Assembly (NCBI GenBank): GCA_964016885.1
Contig: OZ024742.1
Coordinates: forward strand, 270,258,001-270,322,000
DNA length: 64,000 nt
Reading direction: 5' to 3'
Origin: Eledone cirrhosa
Lineage: Eukaryota
The notes beneath the pieces were generated by a model. The model did no database searches and was not told the origin of the DNA. It saw nothing but the letters and a program-made list of their open reading frames with translations. The stretch's first letter is position 1. The number at the start of each line of letters is the position of its first letter. The position numbers were made by a program, and so were the translations under genes. Below, in pieces: positions 1-13,117 of this stretch.

Positions 1-498
1 ACATACTGTACTTTATTATATTTTCTTTTATTTTATTGTCAATTTGATTTATTCTAGTTCTATTTTATTTTCTTAAACGTAAATGCCATTTTCACATTGA
101 TTATCTCATTCGTGACTTCTACGTCATGCTGGAAGGACACTACTACTAACAACTACAAGCTTTCTGAAGACGTGTAATAAAAAATTAAGTATTGCATATG
201 ATTGCACAATATATATTGTAGTCAGCATATGTAGAATATATTAATAGACAAGGAAACATATGTTAAAATTCCAACTCGGATGTCTCAGCGAATTGTATAT
301 TCTTCTTGATGCAATATTATATTATAATACTTGCTACTATACTCCGTGATCTCTTCTGGAGCTGTATATCATATTCCCCAGCTTGGATATATATGCTATA
401 CCAGTCAAAGAATACTGTCCAGTCAAACTCTCTGATAAGCATTTATCTTGTTTAAGCATTCACTCTTCATATACATAAACAAAACCAAATTTACGCCT

Positions 499-499
499 C

Positions 500-534
<35 letters not shown>

Positions 535-566
535 TATACCCCCCCCCCCTCATAGACACACACCCA

Positions 567-646
<80 letters not shown>
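499..646. repeat. (TA)n/(CA)n microsatellite
   Basis: Dinucleotide tracts seen directly. Confidence 0.95.
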
Positions 647-648
<2 letters not shown>

Positions 649-912
649 ATCAAAAGATGGTTAAAAGAGTTCCATGTATTTTATTATGCGCATTTCAAAA
701 ACAAATATCATCATGCAATAACATTTATGTTTTCATGAGATAAAATAGGAAGACATGATATGAAGGTTAAAAAACACTTGTGGATAGTGCAGTTTTAAAT
801 CAACATATTTGAAATGCGCATAATAAAATACATGGAACTCTTTTAACCATCTTTTGATCTTATATATTATGTATACTCCAGTCCTACAAACTGTAGAGTG
901 CTTCTTATCCGA
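640..912. mobile_element. Short foldback remnant of a PLE terminus (HHR family B)
   Basis: 640-698 is the reverse complement of 808-866. 645-810 matches 60118-60280. It carries a decayed HHR on the minus strand (678-746, core CTCATGA). Confidence 0.8.
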
Positions 913-956
913 TATCTGCATTGCTTTATTGTACTACAATAAAACTCACCTCCTAC

Positions 957-991
<35 letters not shown>

Positions 992-3428
992 TATACATAT
1001 TCATTCATGTGAGTGTGTGTGTACATGTGTGTATATCTGTTTGTGTCTGAATAAGTACCACAACCTGTATGTGTGTTTTCAATTATTGTCGACGTCCCAG
1101 TGGTATTTGCTCTTTGAACAACCAGGCACCTAATTGGATATCATAACGCATCAATTTAATAACTCAACTGTGTTGGTCACCTTCAGCTGTCTAGATTTAT
1201 AAATAATACAATTCATTTCGGCGCTGAATTTTTTTTTCTTTTTTATAAATAATTCATCTCTCTTCATTCCGTTGCTGAAAACAAACAGTGGCATATATAG
1301 TCTTCTGTAGTTGACCTTTCGGTAGAAATTTCTGAATCCAACTATCTGATTTGAAATGTCACAGGTTTTTTAATAGTTATTTAAATATGTCTCCATTCTA
1401 CAGAATAATCCAGAGTTGATATTTTCCTTTTTGGAAACTATATTGAAACGAAAATAGTTCATTAATGTGTTCCTAGAAATGTTATATTCTTTACTAAATA
1501 AAAGGAAATGTTGAAGTGCCGGATCCATGATTATATTTTTAGTGATATGAAAAGATATGGTGCTATGTTTACATGGCCTAATTGGGATATACAAATCTCT
1601 ATTAGTGATATTTGTAATACATATTAAATACCTAGATAAGAATGTAGAAAATAATCTTCCCCTTCTTTGTTATTCTCCTAAAACGATGTATGCATATGCG
1701 TGTTGGTGCTCTGAAATAGCGATGTATATAAATATACTTATTGTACAGCAAAAGAAAAAGGGAAGTAATCGATGATCATTTCTCACTTTTGAGTAGTTGT
1801 TAAGACTACATATTCCTTCGCCTATGCTGTAAGCTATAGAAGCTGGATTCTTTTAGAATTAAAATTATGTTTATGAGCTGTTGAAACTCATTTGTATACA
1901 GAGCAGTTACCGCCCCAGCATCAATTAGAAATTTGAGTTGGTGTTCTGAAATAGCGATGTATATATGAATGTACGGAGTGTATTTAATAATATTCTGTAG
2001 GTTTAATTTAAAACATTTTGAAGGCATTTCGCTATGAATGTAAAGTAGTGACTAACATCACTGACACTGCCTTAAATTCATAGCGAAAGGCATTCAACAT
2101 TTTAAATAAATAAAGTACATTCGTATTCATATATATGTCAGTAAACACATTTTGTTGACTATCAGATTATCTATCATATACAATAATTTACAGGAAAAAA
2201 TAGGATTATAAGAATTTTAATTTCACTGAAGTTACACACTGTTTTTTTTTTATAGCTTAGAGAGATGAGAAATAGGTGCAGGCATGTGCCATTTCAGGCT
2301 TTTGTGAAAATTATCATGTTATAGTTAACAATCCAACAACATTAACAGTCCATTCAACGCAATTCAACACCGTTTCCGTCCAGCAAATTTCATATATAAC
2401 ACAGTGACTGACCCGGAAAAATATTTCTTGACCTTTGTTCGTAGTTCTGCACTGTTGAAAATTATCTGGATTAAGGACTTAAAATCATTTCAGCTATGTT
2501 ATATAAGCATTTATTCAATTCTTGGCACCGATAGCCTAGTTGATAAAGATTCGATATCGATGAGTAGATGGTTAACGTGATTCTATGTATTGATCATTCA
2601 TTGTAGGAAAATGGCTATTAAGGTTTCACACATAGAACTGAGTTAAATTTCTATCAGCGAAATATGTGGATATATATTCCACAATAATCCTTTATTTAAA
2701 TGTCTCTTCACTATGTTGTGTTGCACATATACCGTCCTCTAATATATACCCACGTAATTCGACATTCATGGCAATATGACAAATAAATCATCTCCAAATA
2801 TCATTTAAGATCTCTTTGATTAAAGTGTTCAAATACAAATACTGTCTGGTCGGGATTATCGGAGACACAATGCATATCGCTGTGTCCTACAGATTAAAAT
2901 TAAATTCGGACAATAGAAACAATTTATAATAAATGAACTCCAACCAAATTTAAATAAAAAACAGGAATGGAATAGCAACATCACAACATATAATTAAGGA
3001 CAAAAAGAAAACACACACACATAGAACAAACAACTAAATAGTAACATTTAAATAAACAAATAAAAATTCACACAGACATCCGGATGTAACATATGCGCAA
3101 ACTAAACACACAACACACACAAAAACAAGATGGCGAATAACAGAACAAAGGGGAGGCACAAAACAAAGAAAATAATTCACAGTCACTGAAGGGGTCACAG
3201 AATGTATGACGAAAGAATTTTGACAATATACGAACAACCATCCGGTTGTGGAAACAACCGACAAACCGGAAATTTATGAAATTTATAAAATTTATTATTA
3301 ATTGAAGTGAAACGTCGGGTGCGTGTGTTTGTTATTGGCAACATGACCCTCCCTAAGCATAATAATATCGTTTTCAACACACGTTTTCAGATAAAGAATC
3401 TTGCTAAACAGATTCAGAAACGAAAACG

Positions 3429-4108
<680 letters not shown>

Positions 4109-4118
4109 AACCAGTAAG

Positions 4119-4212
4119 ACCCCGACAGCTGAGCTCAAGCCGTTTCGACGGCTAATTCTGGACTAAATGAAAATTTATCCTGGTATTTAAATAGCCGATC
4201 TTCTCAAGGGGT
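4119..4212 (-). ncRNA. Hammerhead ribozyme family A, inverted copy
   Basis: Reverse complement of 7212-7305. Confidence 0.8.
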
Positions 4213-4282
4213 AATTCCATATATGGTCAAAGTGATTGTCAAAAATCAGTAGTAATTCTGTGGTTGCAAATTAGTAGGGGAG

Positions 4283-5473
4283 ATGGTGGCTAAACCTGGG
4301 AACCTATACTTTGTCAACCCTGACAGATACCACACACTGATCAGGAGCAGCCTAATCTCCAGCTATAAAAAGGCCAACCACTCTTGCATCGAGGACATAA
4401 ATCGAGATGGACAACAAATCACCTCCAGCCTCGGGGTCGCCGACCGCACGGAACCTCTAGACCCACGGACACCATACTTCACACTGAAGGACCATAAATC
4501 CGATTTTGACCGTAAACCCTCTATCAGGCTTATTAACCCAACGAAGTCCGACATAGGGAGAATCAGCAAAAAAATCCTAGACCGCGTGATACCAAAAGTC
4601 AAGCAACACACCCGACTTAGCCTATGGATCAACACACAGGAAGTAATCTCCTGGTTCAGCAATATGGAGGATAAACGAGAAACTAAATTCATACAGTTCG
4701 ACATAGAGAGCTACTATGCTTCAATCACCTTACCGCTACTTACTGCCGCCTTGGACTTCGCCGAAACACTCGTGCCCATCACCGACCAGGAAAGAAAAAT
4801 CATCCTCCACGCCAGGAAGACAGTCTTACTCTTTGACGACTCTAAATGGATAAAAAGAGCTCCCGACTCACCCTTCGACGTCAGCATGGGCGCCACGGAT
4901 TCGGCGGAGGTCACTGATCTCATAGGATTATTCCTAATAGCCAAACTCACTGATATGTTTCCTGCATTCGGTGGTGGATTGTACCGTGATGATGGGCTCC
5001 TTACCCTTAAAGGGTACAACCCCAGTTGTACAGATCGGGTCCGGAAACAATTAATCAGATTCTTCCGCGACTGGGGATTTAAAATAACCCTACAAACGTC
5101 CCTGACCCGAGTAAACTTCCTGGACGTGACCCTCGACCTCGAAAACGACCTGTACTACCCATACAGGAAACCTAATGACAATCTGCACTACATCCACCGC
5201 CGATCAAACCATCCTAGGAACATCACAAACAACCTGGTCAAAAACATCTCCCTCCGCATATCCCGTTTGTCAGCTAATGAGCGGATATTCGATGAACATG
5301 CGCCTTATTACAACCAGGCCCCCAAGCGGAGTGGTTTCCGGGAGGAAATATCCTACTGTCCAGCTCCCATTAGCGGAACCAGCAGGAGACACCGCCGCTC
5401 ACGCAATGTAACATGGTTCAATCCTCCCCCACAACGCAGAGGTGACTACTCCCATCGGGAAACTATTCTTTAG
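4283..5473 (+). CDS. PLE reverse transcriptase (frameshifted into 5442-6107)
   Basis: Motifs LKDHK, RLINP, FIQFDIESYY, FDVSMG, GLYRDDGL, NFLDVTL, YIHRRSNHP, WFNPP. Confidence 0.92.
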   Translation: MVAKPGNLYFVNPDRYHTLIRSSLISSYKKANHSCIEDINRDGQQITSSLGVADRTEPLDPRTPYFTLKDHKSDFDRKPSIRLINPTKSDIGRISKKILDRVIPKVKQHTRLSLWINTQEVISWFSNMEDKRETKFIQFDIESYYASITLPLLTAALDFAETLVPITDQERKIILHARKTVLLFDDSKWIKRAPDSPFDVSMGATDSAEVTDLIGLFLIAKLTDMFPAFGGGLYRDDGLLTLKGYNPSCTDRVRKQLIRFFRDWGFKITLQTSLTRVNFLDVTLDLENDLYYPYRKPNDNLHYIHRRSNHPRNITNNLVKNISLRISRLSANERIFDEHAPYYNQAPKRSGFREEISYCPAPISGTSRRHRRSRNVTWFNPPPQRRGDYSHRETIL

Positions 5474-6107
5474 GCTCATTGAAAAACACTTCCCATTACA
5501 ACACCGCTACCACAACATAATTAACAAAAATACCATCAAACTCTCTTACAGCACTACACCAAACTTCGCACAAAACATCGTCTCCTCTAACAACAAAAAA
5601 CTCAACCCCGATGGCAGAAATAACCTAAATAGCAGTGGAGAACCGACTAGGAGGTGTAACTGCCCGGATAGATCTATTTGCCCACTCGACAATAGATGCA
5701 GAGACCGTAATGTGATCTACCAGTGCAACGTGAGGACGGATACCTCCAACAAAGCCTATATAGGACTTACCGCATGTGACTTCAAGACCCGGCTATACCA
5801 ACATAGACATACCTTCCGAAACCCGGCCCGGCGTCACGCCACTACACTTTCGGGCCACATATGGGACCTCAAGGACAACAACATCACCTATGATCTCACT
5901 TGGAGATTACTGTCCAGAGCCAATTCTTACACGGGAGGACGCCGTCCGTGCAATTTATGCTCGGAGGAAACTTTACAAATGCTGTTTTCGACGGACCAAC
6001 TCCTAAACAAGAAAGATGAACTGGTTACTGCATGTAAACATAGATTGCGTAGGACTTACCTCGCCCTCAAACCCCATAATGACCCGGGGGGGGGGGGGGT
6101 AGACTAG
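5442..6107 (+). CDS. PLE C-terminal linker and GIY-YIG endonuclease
   Basis: Motifs CNC..CPL..C, NVIY, AYIG, FKTRLYQH, CNLC..E. One extra C in the C-run near 5426-5430 separates it from the RT frame. Confidence 0.92.
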   Translation: MTTPIGKLFFRLIEKHFPLQHRYHNIINKNTIKLSYSTTPNFAQNIVSSNNKKLNPDGRNNLNSSGEPTRRCNCPDRSICPLDNRCRDRNVIYQCNVRTDTSNKAYIGLTACDFKTRLYQHRHTFRNPARRHATTLSGHIWDLKDNNITYDLTWRLLSRANSYTGGRRPCNLCSEETLQMLFSTDQLLNKKDELVTACKHRLRRTYLALKPHNDPGGGGVD

Positions 6108-7211
6108 GGCTATAACACCCCACTTGCCGATTTTGCAATGGGTAACCCCTGCTTGCCAAGGAAGACGTAAGATCTTCTTTGTATTCTTTTATCGCTTCCT
6201 TTATTTCCTTCCCCCCTCTCTCCCTTGTCCTTCTACCCCAGCTCTTCTCCTTTGTCGGCGTCTTTTCTCGCCCACCCGAGGCTGCCCTTTGGCCCCATGT
6301 AGCCTTAGTACCCCCACCACCCCCTCCCCTAGTCTATGATAGATTTGGCGGACTCCGCCCTTTATAGCAGTTGGCTTAGACCCCGGATACTTGCCCCCTT
6401 TTTCCGACCGCTCCCACTATTCTCTGTGCCCTCTATATTTCTTAGTGGCACTTATGCCTTATTTTTTCGTTTCAGTATTTCTTGCTTCGCTTTTCTTCTG
6501 GGCGGGGTGGATTCTGAATTTATTTCTCCGTATTCTACCTTTATTTCGTACGAACTTTCATGTAGCTTGTTTTAGATCTTTTAGAGTTAGCATTAGTATA
6601 TATTTTTCTCGGGACTCAGAACTATTATCTCGTACAAGTTCACTTTGATGCACTGGGTCGTTGCTGGCCCGGGATGGAAACCTTTATTGTTTATTTTGTG
6701 GTAGTCTCTTTAGTATTTTGGCCCCTTTTGTTGACCCGTCACCGTATCATTTACGTACTTATACCTCTTAAAAGGGTCCTTGCCTATTCCGTCCCACCTA
6801 GTTCTTTTACTTATTTCGTTATTTATTTATTTATTTATTTATTTACTTCTTTCTTTCTTTCTTTATTTTATTCTAGCCTAACAATAGCCTGACACCTAGG
6901 TCGTAGAATTTAATTTACTTTACTTTTTTCTTTACACTTATTTGCTTTTCTTCACTCTCAGTATTTTTTTCTTTCCTATTTCTACCCCCCATTGTTCTAC
7001 CTACCGTTCCGACTTCCTCCCCCTCCCCCTCCCCTGTATCTTCTTTGACCTCATGCCCAGCTGTAGCTGGCACTACCAACGCTTGATTGGGTCTACTCCA
7101 CTCCCTCCCCTCTTTCTCCTACTGGCAGGTTTAGCCAACATCTCCCCTACTAATTTGCAACCACAGAATTACTACTGATTTTTGACAATCACTTTGACCA
7201 TATATGGAATT

Positions 7212-7305
7212 ACCCCTTGAGAAGATCGGCTATTTAAATACCAGGATAAATTTTCATTTAGTCCAGAATTAGCCGTCGAAACGGCTTGAGCTCAGCTGTC
7301 GGGGT
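7212..7305 (+). ncRNA. Type I hammerhead ribozyme, U3-A8 variant (family A)
   Basis: acccc-TTGAGAA-ga(t)cggcta...tagccgtc-GAAA-cggct[tgagctc]agctg-TC-ggggt. All three stems pair and the GUC site ends at 7300. Confidence 0.8.
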
Positions 7306-7396
7306 CTTACTGGTTCCTATTACCCACTCTACTACCTCAAGTATTGAGTACTTTGGTGCGTTATGGTCCACCTGGTTCCTTACCACATTTCCTTCG

Positions 7397-7459
<63 letters not shown>

Positions 7460-7588
7460 TATTTAGGAGGTGATTAATATTGTAGAACAATAAAACTATG
7501 CATATATAAGATAAGTACCACTCAACAGTTGGTAGATCTGGAGTATATATAAAGAAGAAATTAAAAGATGGTTATAAAAGTTCCGTAT

Positions 7589-7656
7589 ATTTTGTTATGC
7601 GCATTTCGAAAACAACATCATCCTGGGACAAAAAATGTGTTCTCATCAGATAAAAT
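7589..7656 (-). ncRNA. Hammerhead ribozyme family B
   Basis: Minus strand: attttat-CTGATGA-gaacac...gttttc-GAAA-tgcgca-TA-acaaaat. Confidence 0.7.
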
Positions 7657-7993
7657 AATGTAACTTGATATGAGCCTAAAAACACTTGTGAACATAGTAA
7701 CCTCGATTCATTATTTAACTCCAGAAGCAATACTCCATTTAATAAACACTTAGCACATTTTGAAAATGAATTAACTAAAATTATACCAGGACTTAAATTC
7801 AAAAGAAACAGTTATCGTGGCCATGGACACCTTATCAACCTTAAAAATAAAATTCATGACAAAATTCTTCTAAAAACGTTTTAGTTCATTCTGACAAAAC
7901 AAATAATTTATATGGCTTAACTTAAGTAAGGATAAATATAACCTTATCCTTAAGGAACTAAGAAAAAATATTGCAAAACCACCTACGATAATC

Positions 7994-9914
7994 TTGAGTC
8001 AGTTAATTTCGAAGTATATGAGATTATTACCAAACTTGCTATCAGGAAAAAAAACAAAACACTTCTTCCCAAGAATTCCGAGGATTAGTCTGAAAGATCA
8101 CAAAACAAATTTTCGAACTGACTCGCATGTAAGTCTAATTGCCCCTACTAAAGCTGACCTGGAGGTTGTTAGTAAATCCATCTAGGATAGAATTATCCCA
8201 CAGGTTTGCTCTAATTCTCAATTAAATTTATGATTGGGTACTTCTGATGTGATAGACTGGTTCAATGATCTGGATAATAAAAACAAACTAAAATTTATTC
8301 AGTTAGACATTGCTAGCTATTACTCTTCTATCTCTCCTTCACTACTTAACAAGGCTCTCTCATATGCATCGAAATACTCGGACATCACTACTGATGAATG
8401 GAACATCATTCACACCGCTTTGAAAACCATCCTGGAATTTAACGATGAATATTGGACAAGAGCTGATACTTCCAACAATTTTCACATCACCATGGGTTCG
8501 TCGGATTCAGCGCAATTGACAGACTTGGTTGGAATTATCATCTTGAACTCTTTAAATAGGAAAATTCCTCAACTTCGCGGTGGAATATATCGTGATGATG
8601 CCCTTTTTATCATCGTAAATTGTAACAAAGTCAACCTTAATATTATTAAGAAAAATATACTTGAATTATTTAACCATTTTAACCAAAACATAGAATTTGA
8701 GAATAAGGATAAATTAGCAAATTTCCTAGATATTTCCCTTAATCTTGATACCGGCCTATATTACCCATACCATAAGTATAACGAGAACCTAAATTATGTT
8801 AACTTTAAATCAAACCACCCTAATAATGTTAAAACTGCTATAGCCAGAAGTGTTGAAAATTGAATTTCTAATTTATCCTATAATAAACATCCATTCGATG
8901 TTAATGCCAACTACTATAATAATACGGTATCTAAGGCTGGATATCCAGACAAAATTAAATACACTAAGGATAATAATCTTGGCAGAACTTATAGTAATGT
9001 AGCTAGATATAAGCATACCAGTAACTTAAAGAGGAGACCTAGATATAAAAAATATACATTGGTACAACGCTCTTTTCCCTCTTTCACTTATTAGTAATAT
9101 CACTAAATTATCTTTAGGGCTTTAGATAACAGCTTCCCCCTTCACATATTTATAGCAAGATTTTCCATAAGCATACCATTAAATTCTCATATCCCACTAC
9201 TTCCAACTTTTCAAAAATTAACTCTAGACATAATTCTAAAATATTAAATAATAACTCATATACATGGAACCATGAGAGTCATAATAATAACACGCTCAGG
9301 CCTGACGTCAATGTAAACTCTAGCCAAAATAACTTAAATATAAATACGACGTCAAACGTATATTTGAGGAATGCTTCAAATCAGGAAAATTTAGCATCTC
9401 CTTTTGTGAATTCCACCACCCCAGTTCCTATTATAAATAATCCTGGGCCACTGGTAAATAACTCTGTTAATAATCTTAATCGTAAATGCAACTGCCCTAT
9501 TAGAACTAATTGTACTCTTAGTTTGTCTGTCTCGATAAAAACTTAATATATGAATGTAAAGTGGTAACTTGTACCGATACCTATACCTACATTGGCTCTA
9601 CTTCTACTTCTTTTAAAGGAAGACTCTATAACCGTACTTTAACATTTAAATATCCACCTAAAAGAACCAGCACTGCACTCTCAGAACTTATTTGGTCCTT
9701 AAAAGACAAAAACATGAATTACGAAATCTCTTGGCGTGAAATTTGCAACGCTTTACCTTGCTCCAACGCTTCCAAATCTAGGGTCTGTAATGTATGTCTA
9801 ACTGAAAGATTTACCATTACCTCGAATTTCAACTCTTTAATAAATAGACGTATGGTCTTATTTGCTATCTGTATTCATAAATCTTTTAAGACCGTTCACA
9901 AAGTATACAGCTAA
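7994..9914 (+). pseudogene. PLE RT/GIY-YIG ORF broken by stops and frameshifts
   Basis: ORF pieces 7994-8185, 8234-8863, 9364-9546 and 9561-9914 are collinear with PLE1 and with 62391-63263. Confidence 0.9.
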
Positions 9915-10289
9915 TGTCCTATAACTTATTCTACGAATAACGGTTAATCTTTTTTACACATATAATCTTTTTTACACATATATATTTGCACATATATCTT
10001 TTCACACATTTTTTCTCACATATTTCATTATATTCTACAATGTATTAATGCCTTTTTCTTTTCATTATTAAGCCTTTCACCTTCTTTCTCTATTGACGTT
10101 AATTTTTTCGTTCAAACCTTCCTAGATTTTGTAAACAATCTATGACATCATATATCTTTTTACGTTTAAACCTTTCTAGGGATTTCCTTTAATTACTTGT
10201 TGATATAAAATATTAAATAATAATCTGATACTATACCCCACATATATACATTTTTAATAGTAATTTTAAATTTTGACATAGATGGACTA

Positions 10290-10820
10290 TTCTTATTTTT
10301 ATTTCTTATTTCTTATTTTTTAATCTAGACTTTTGTATTCTAGTCTATCTTATTTTATTTTATTTTATCATATTTTATTTTACTTTATTTTATTTTATGT
10401 TATCTTATTTTATTTTACTTTATTTTATTTTATTTTATTTTATTTTATTTTATTTTATTTTAATTTATTTTATTTTATTTTATCTTATTTTATTTTACTT
10501 TATTTTATTTTATCTTATTTATTTTACTTTATTTTATTTTATTTTATTTTATTTTATTTTATTTTATTTTAATTTATTTTATTTTATTTTATCTTATTTT
10601 ATTTTACTTTATTTTATTTTATTTTATCTTATATTATTTTACTTTATTTTATTTTATTTTATCTTATTTTATTTTACTTTATTTTATTTTATTTTATTTT
10701 ATTTTATTTTATTTAAAAAAACCCTTTTTTATAATAATTATTATTATTATTTTTAATTTAATTTTTATTTTTATTTTAATTTTTATTTTACTTTTATTTT
10801 ATTTTATTTTATTTTATTTA
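10290..10820. repeat. (TTTTA)n pentanucleotide satellite in the PLE2 3' UTR
   Basis: Seen directly. Confidence 0.95.
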
Positions 10821-10874
10821 CTACATTTTGACACTTAATACAATTTTTAGTATTAAAACTCTATATTAAATAAT

Positions 10875-11061
10875 TGTTTCTACTTTTGGCACAAGGCCAG
10901 CAATTACCCAGTGCAGTACTAGTACGTTATTTTATCGACCCCGTAAGGATGAAAGGCAAAGTTAACCTCGGCGGGATTTGAACTCAGAATGTAAAGAGCC
11001 ATAACTCTATGCTGCAAAGCATGGTGTCTGACGCTCTACCGATACTGCCAATCCAACGCCC
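10875..11061 (-). mobile_element. tRNA-derived SINE (octopus-type)
   Basis: Minus-strand A-box-like TGGCAGTATCGG and B-box GAGTTCAAATCC, with body ...ctttgcctttcatccttacggggtcgata. Imperfect flanking duplication taaaactct..tatattaaataat at 10854-10874 and 11062-11086. Confidence 0.85.
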
Positions 11062-11439
11062 TAAAACTCTGGGTATATTAAATAATATACCCAGCTTATA
11101 TATTCTAGATATCTAATATTCTTTATATTAGAACATTCACCTCATCAATCTATTTATTTATTTATTTATTTTTATATTTATTTTTATTATTATTTTATAT
11201 ATATATTTTTTAGCCGTTATTCACTTTTGGACAGCGTTCCCGATCAAAACTTTCTGTCTCTTTTTCTTTCTCCCTCTTCCTTCTTCCTTTCCTTTTCCTT
11301 TTCTATTTCTTTTCCTTTTTCCTTCTTCTTTCCTTTTCTTCATTTTTCCTATTTTTTCTCTTCTCTTATATTTTTGTCATGTTTTGACTGGACAATTTCT
11401 TGTTCGCAAGTGATTTTATGCCTCATATCATGTTACATT

Positions 11440-11504
11440 ATTTTATCTGATGAGAACACAATTTTTGTCACAGGATGATGTTTTCGAAATGCGCATAATA
11501 AAAT
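11440..11504 (+). ncRNA. Hammerhead ribozyme family B, palindromic stem III TGCGCA
   Basis: attttat-CTGATGA-gaacac...atgttttc-GAAA-tgcgca-TA-ataaaat, with a 7-bp stem I. Confidence 0.85.
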
Positions 11505-11538
11505 ATACGGAACTTTTTTAACCATCTTTTAATTTCTT

Positions 11539-11583
<45 letters not shown>

Positions 11584-11630
11584 AAGTAAAAGCGAAGTAG
11601 TTTCAGATGTTCAAGTCCTTTAATAATAAT

Positions 11631-11704
11631 GCTGTGATATATATTTCAATGACGACACTGGCCACACTGTTCTGTGTGCGAGTGTCGTGACATCATCAGA
11701 CAGC
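11631..11704 (-). ncRNA. Hammerhead ribozyme family C, copy 1
   Basis: Minus strand: gctgt-CTGATGA-tgtc acgacact..cacac/gtgtg..agtgtcgt catt-GAAA-tatata-TC-acagc. Confidence 0.85.
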
Positions 11705-12900
11705 TTGTTACATAATAAGGTTGTTTCCGAGGCAATCCAAATTGAATCGACATGGGAACGGATGAAGTTCGTGCTTTTGGGTTTTTCATCCATTCCCTTG
11801 TGAGTATCAATTCACCCCAACCGGTCTGCGCAAGCGCATGTCCGAAGGAAGTTGACCATTAGCACCGCAGATTTCAACGAAATTCGCTGTCAGTGGCCCA
11901 CCTATGCCTTGCCAATATTTACTGCTACCCATCGCTAGTGTCGCAGTCAGCCGAAAGCCAGAGGGGATGGGAGGGTGTTAGTTTTTATAGGTCATAATAC
12001 TACCTTTCACTTAGCGTTGACAGTAAGACTGACCATCAACTCATAAGGTAAAATATACTTAATTCTAGGTACTATGGTTTTACATAGTAAGTTAAGAGTG
12101 AGAGTTGGGAATAACAATTAAAATACTAAATCATATATCAGAGATTATAAATTAAACAATAAAGAATTCAAAAATTCTAAATTCAAAAATGTTTTTCAAG
12201 TGATAATTCGGATTAAGTAAAGATATACATTGAAGTGAGTAAATAATATGGAGAGAGATGTTTAAGTAATATGTTCTGGGAGGGATTCTAGTGTTACAGA
12301 TATTGAACGGCAATGCCGGACCTTATAACGGAGGGCAAACCACATGGTTCAAGGCAATAGTCACAATCCGTTACACGGTCATACTTTCCATCACATGGAA
12401 CAGAGTCAAAGAAAAACAGACAAAAAGTACACAAAAGAAAAGAAAAGAACAGAGACAATAGTGAATGCAATAAATGCAAAAACACAGAGTACATATATGT
12501 AAAATGATCCATATGATTGTCCATCTGTCCATGTATAGATTGAATTGATGGGGCCTCTGTTCAGAAGCGATTTGGTGCAGCAAAATAGGGGTTTATCTTA
12601 TTTTTTTGTTTCCGCGTATTTATCCTGCCGAAAGATACTATTACGCCCGTCCAGTGTCAGGGGTTTTTCATCCCCATGGTAGAGGGGATTTCCGGGGTAG
12701 CTCTTGGTTGGTTCCTCTCTTCTCCACCACATCGGTTACATCATAGAGCGCTCAACTAAACGGAGCTTAATTATTAGGGTAAACATTGATGCAATTCAAT
12801 TCAAGCACTCAACGTACTTTTTCCACATAGGAGTGACGGAGTAAATATCGAATAAGTAAAAGCGAAGTAGTTTCAGATGTTCAAGTCCTTTAATAATAAT

Positions 12901-12974
12901 GCTGTGATATATATTTCAATGACGACACTGGCCACACTGTTCTGTGTGCGAGTGTCGTGACATCATCAGACAGC
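12901..12974 (-). ncRNA. Hammerhead ribozyme family C, copy 2
   Basis: Identical to 11631-11704. Confidence 0.85.
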
Positions 12975-13029
12975 TTGTTACATAATAAGGTTGTTTCCGA
13001 GGCAATCCAAATTGAATCGACATGGGAAC

Positions 13030-13117
13030 GGTTGTTAAGGTGTCGGGGCTCACGAACATAAAGGTCGAAGGTTCGATCCCTGGGCCGGGTGGCTCGTTGT
13101 CTCCTTGAGCAAGATAC
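13030..13117 (+). mobile_element. tRNA-SINE head fragment
   Basis: B-box GGTTCGATCCC followed by gttgtctccttgagcaagatact, which resembles a conserved SINE central domain. Confidence 0.7.

Larger units (their letters stand above)
7545..11545 (+). mobile_element. Penelope-like retroelement PLE2, decayed, with inverted terminal segment
   Basis: RT fragments at 7994-8863 (LKDHK, FIQLDIASYY, GIYRDDA, NFLDI, SNHP) and GIY-YIG at 9561-9914 (YTYIG, CNVCL.E). 7545-7694 is inverted relative to 11401-11545. Confidence 0.92.

Noticed and set aside
1702-2107. 32-bp direct repeat (1702/1937) and a small inverted repeat (2007-2039 / 2076-2107)
   Set aside because: Short and isolated, with no element boundaries or function inferable.
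4363-5019. Antisense ORFs over RT genes (also 45584-45976 and several over the Tx1, CRE and Helitron regions)
   Set aside because: Shadow frames of transposon coding sequence with no recognisable motifs.
10333-10756. FYFIL-repeat ORFs
   Set aside because: Translation of (TTTTA)n.
13030-13090. tRNA gene
   Set aside because: Only a B-box and partial A-box, running into SINE body sequence. No cloverleaf.
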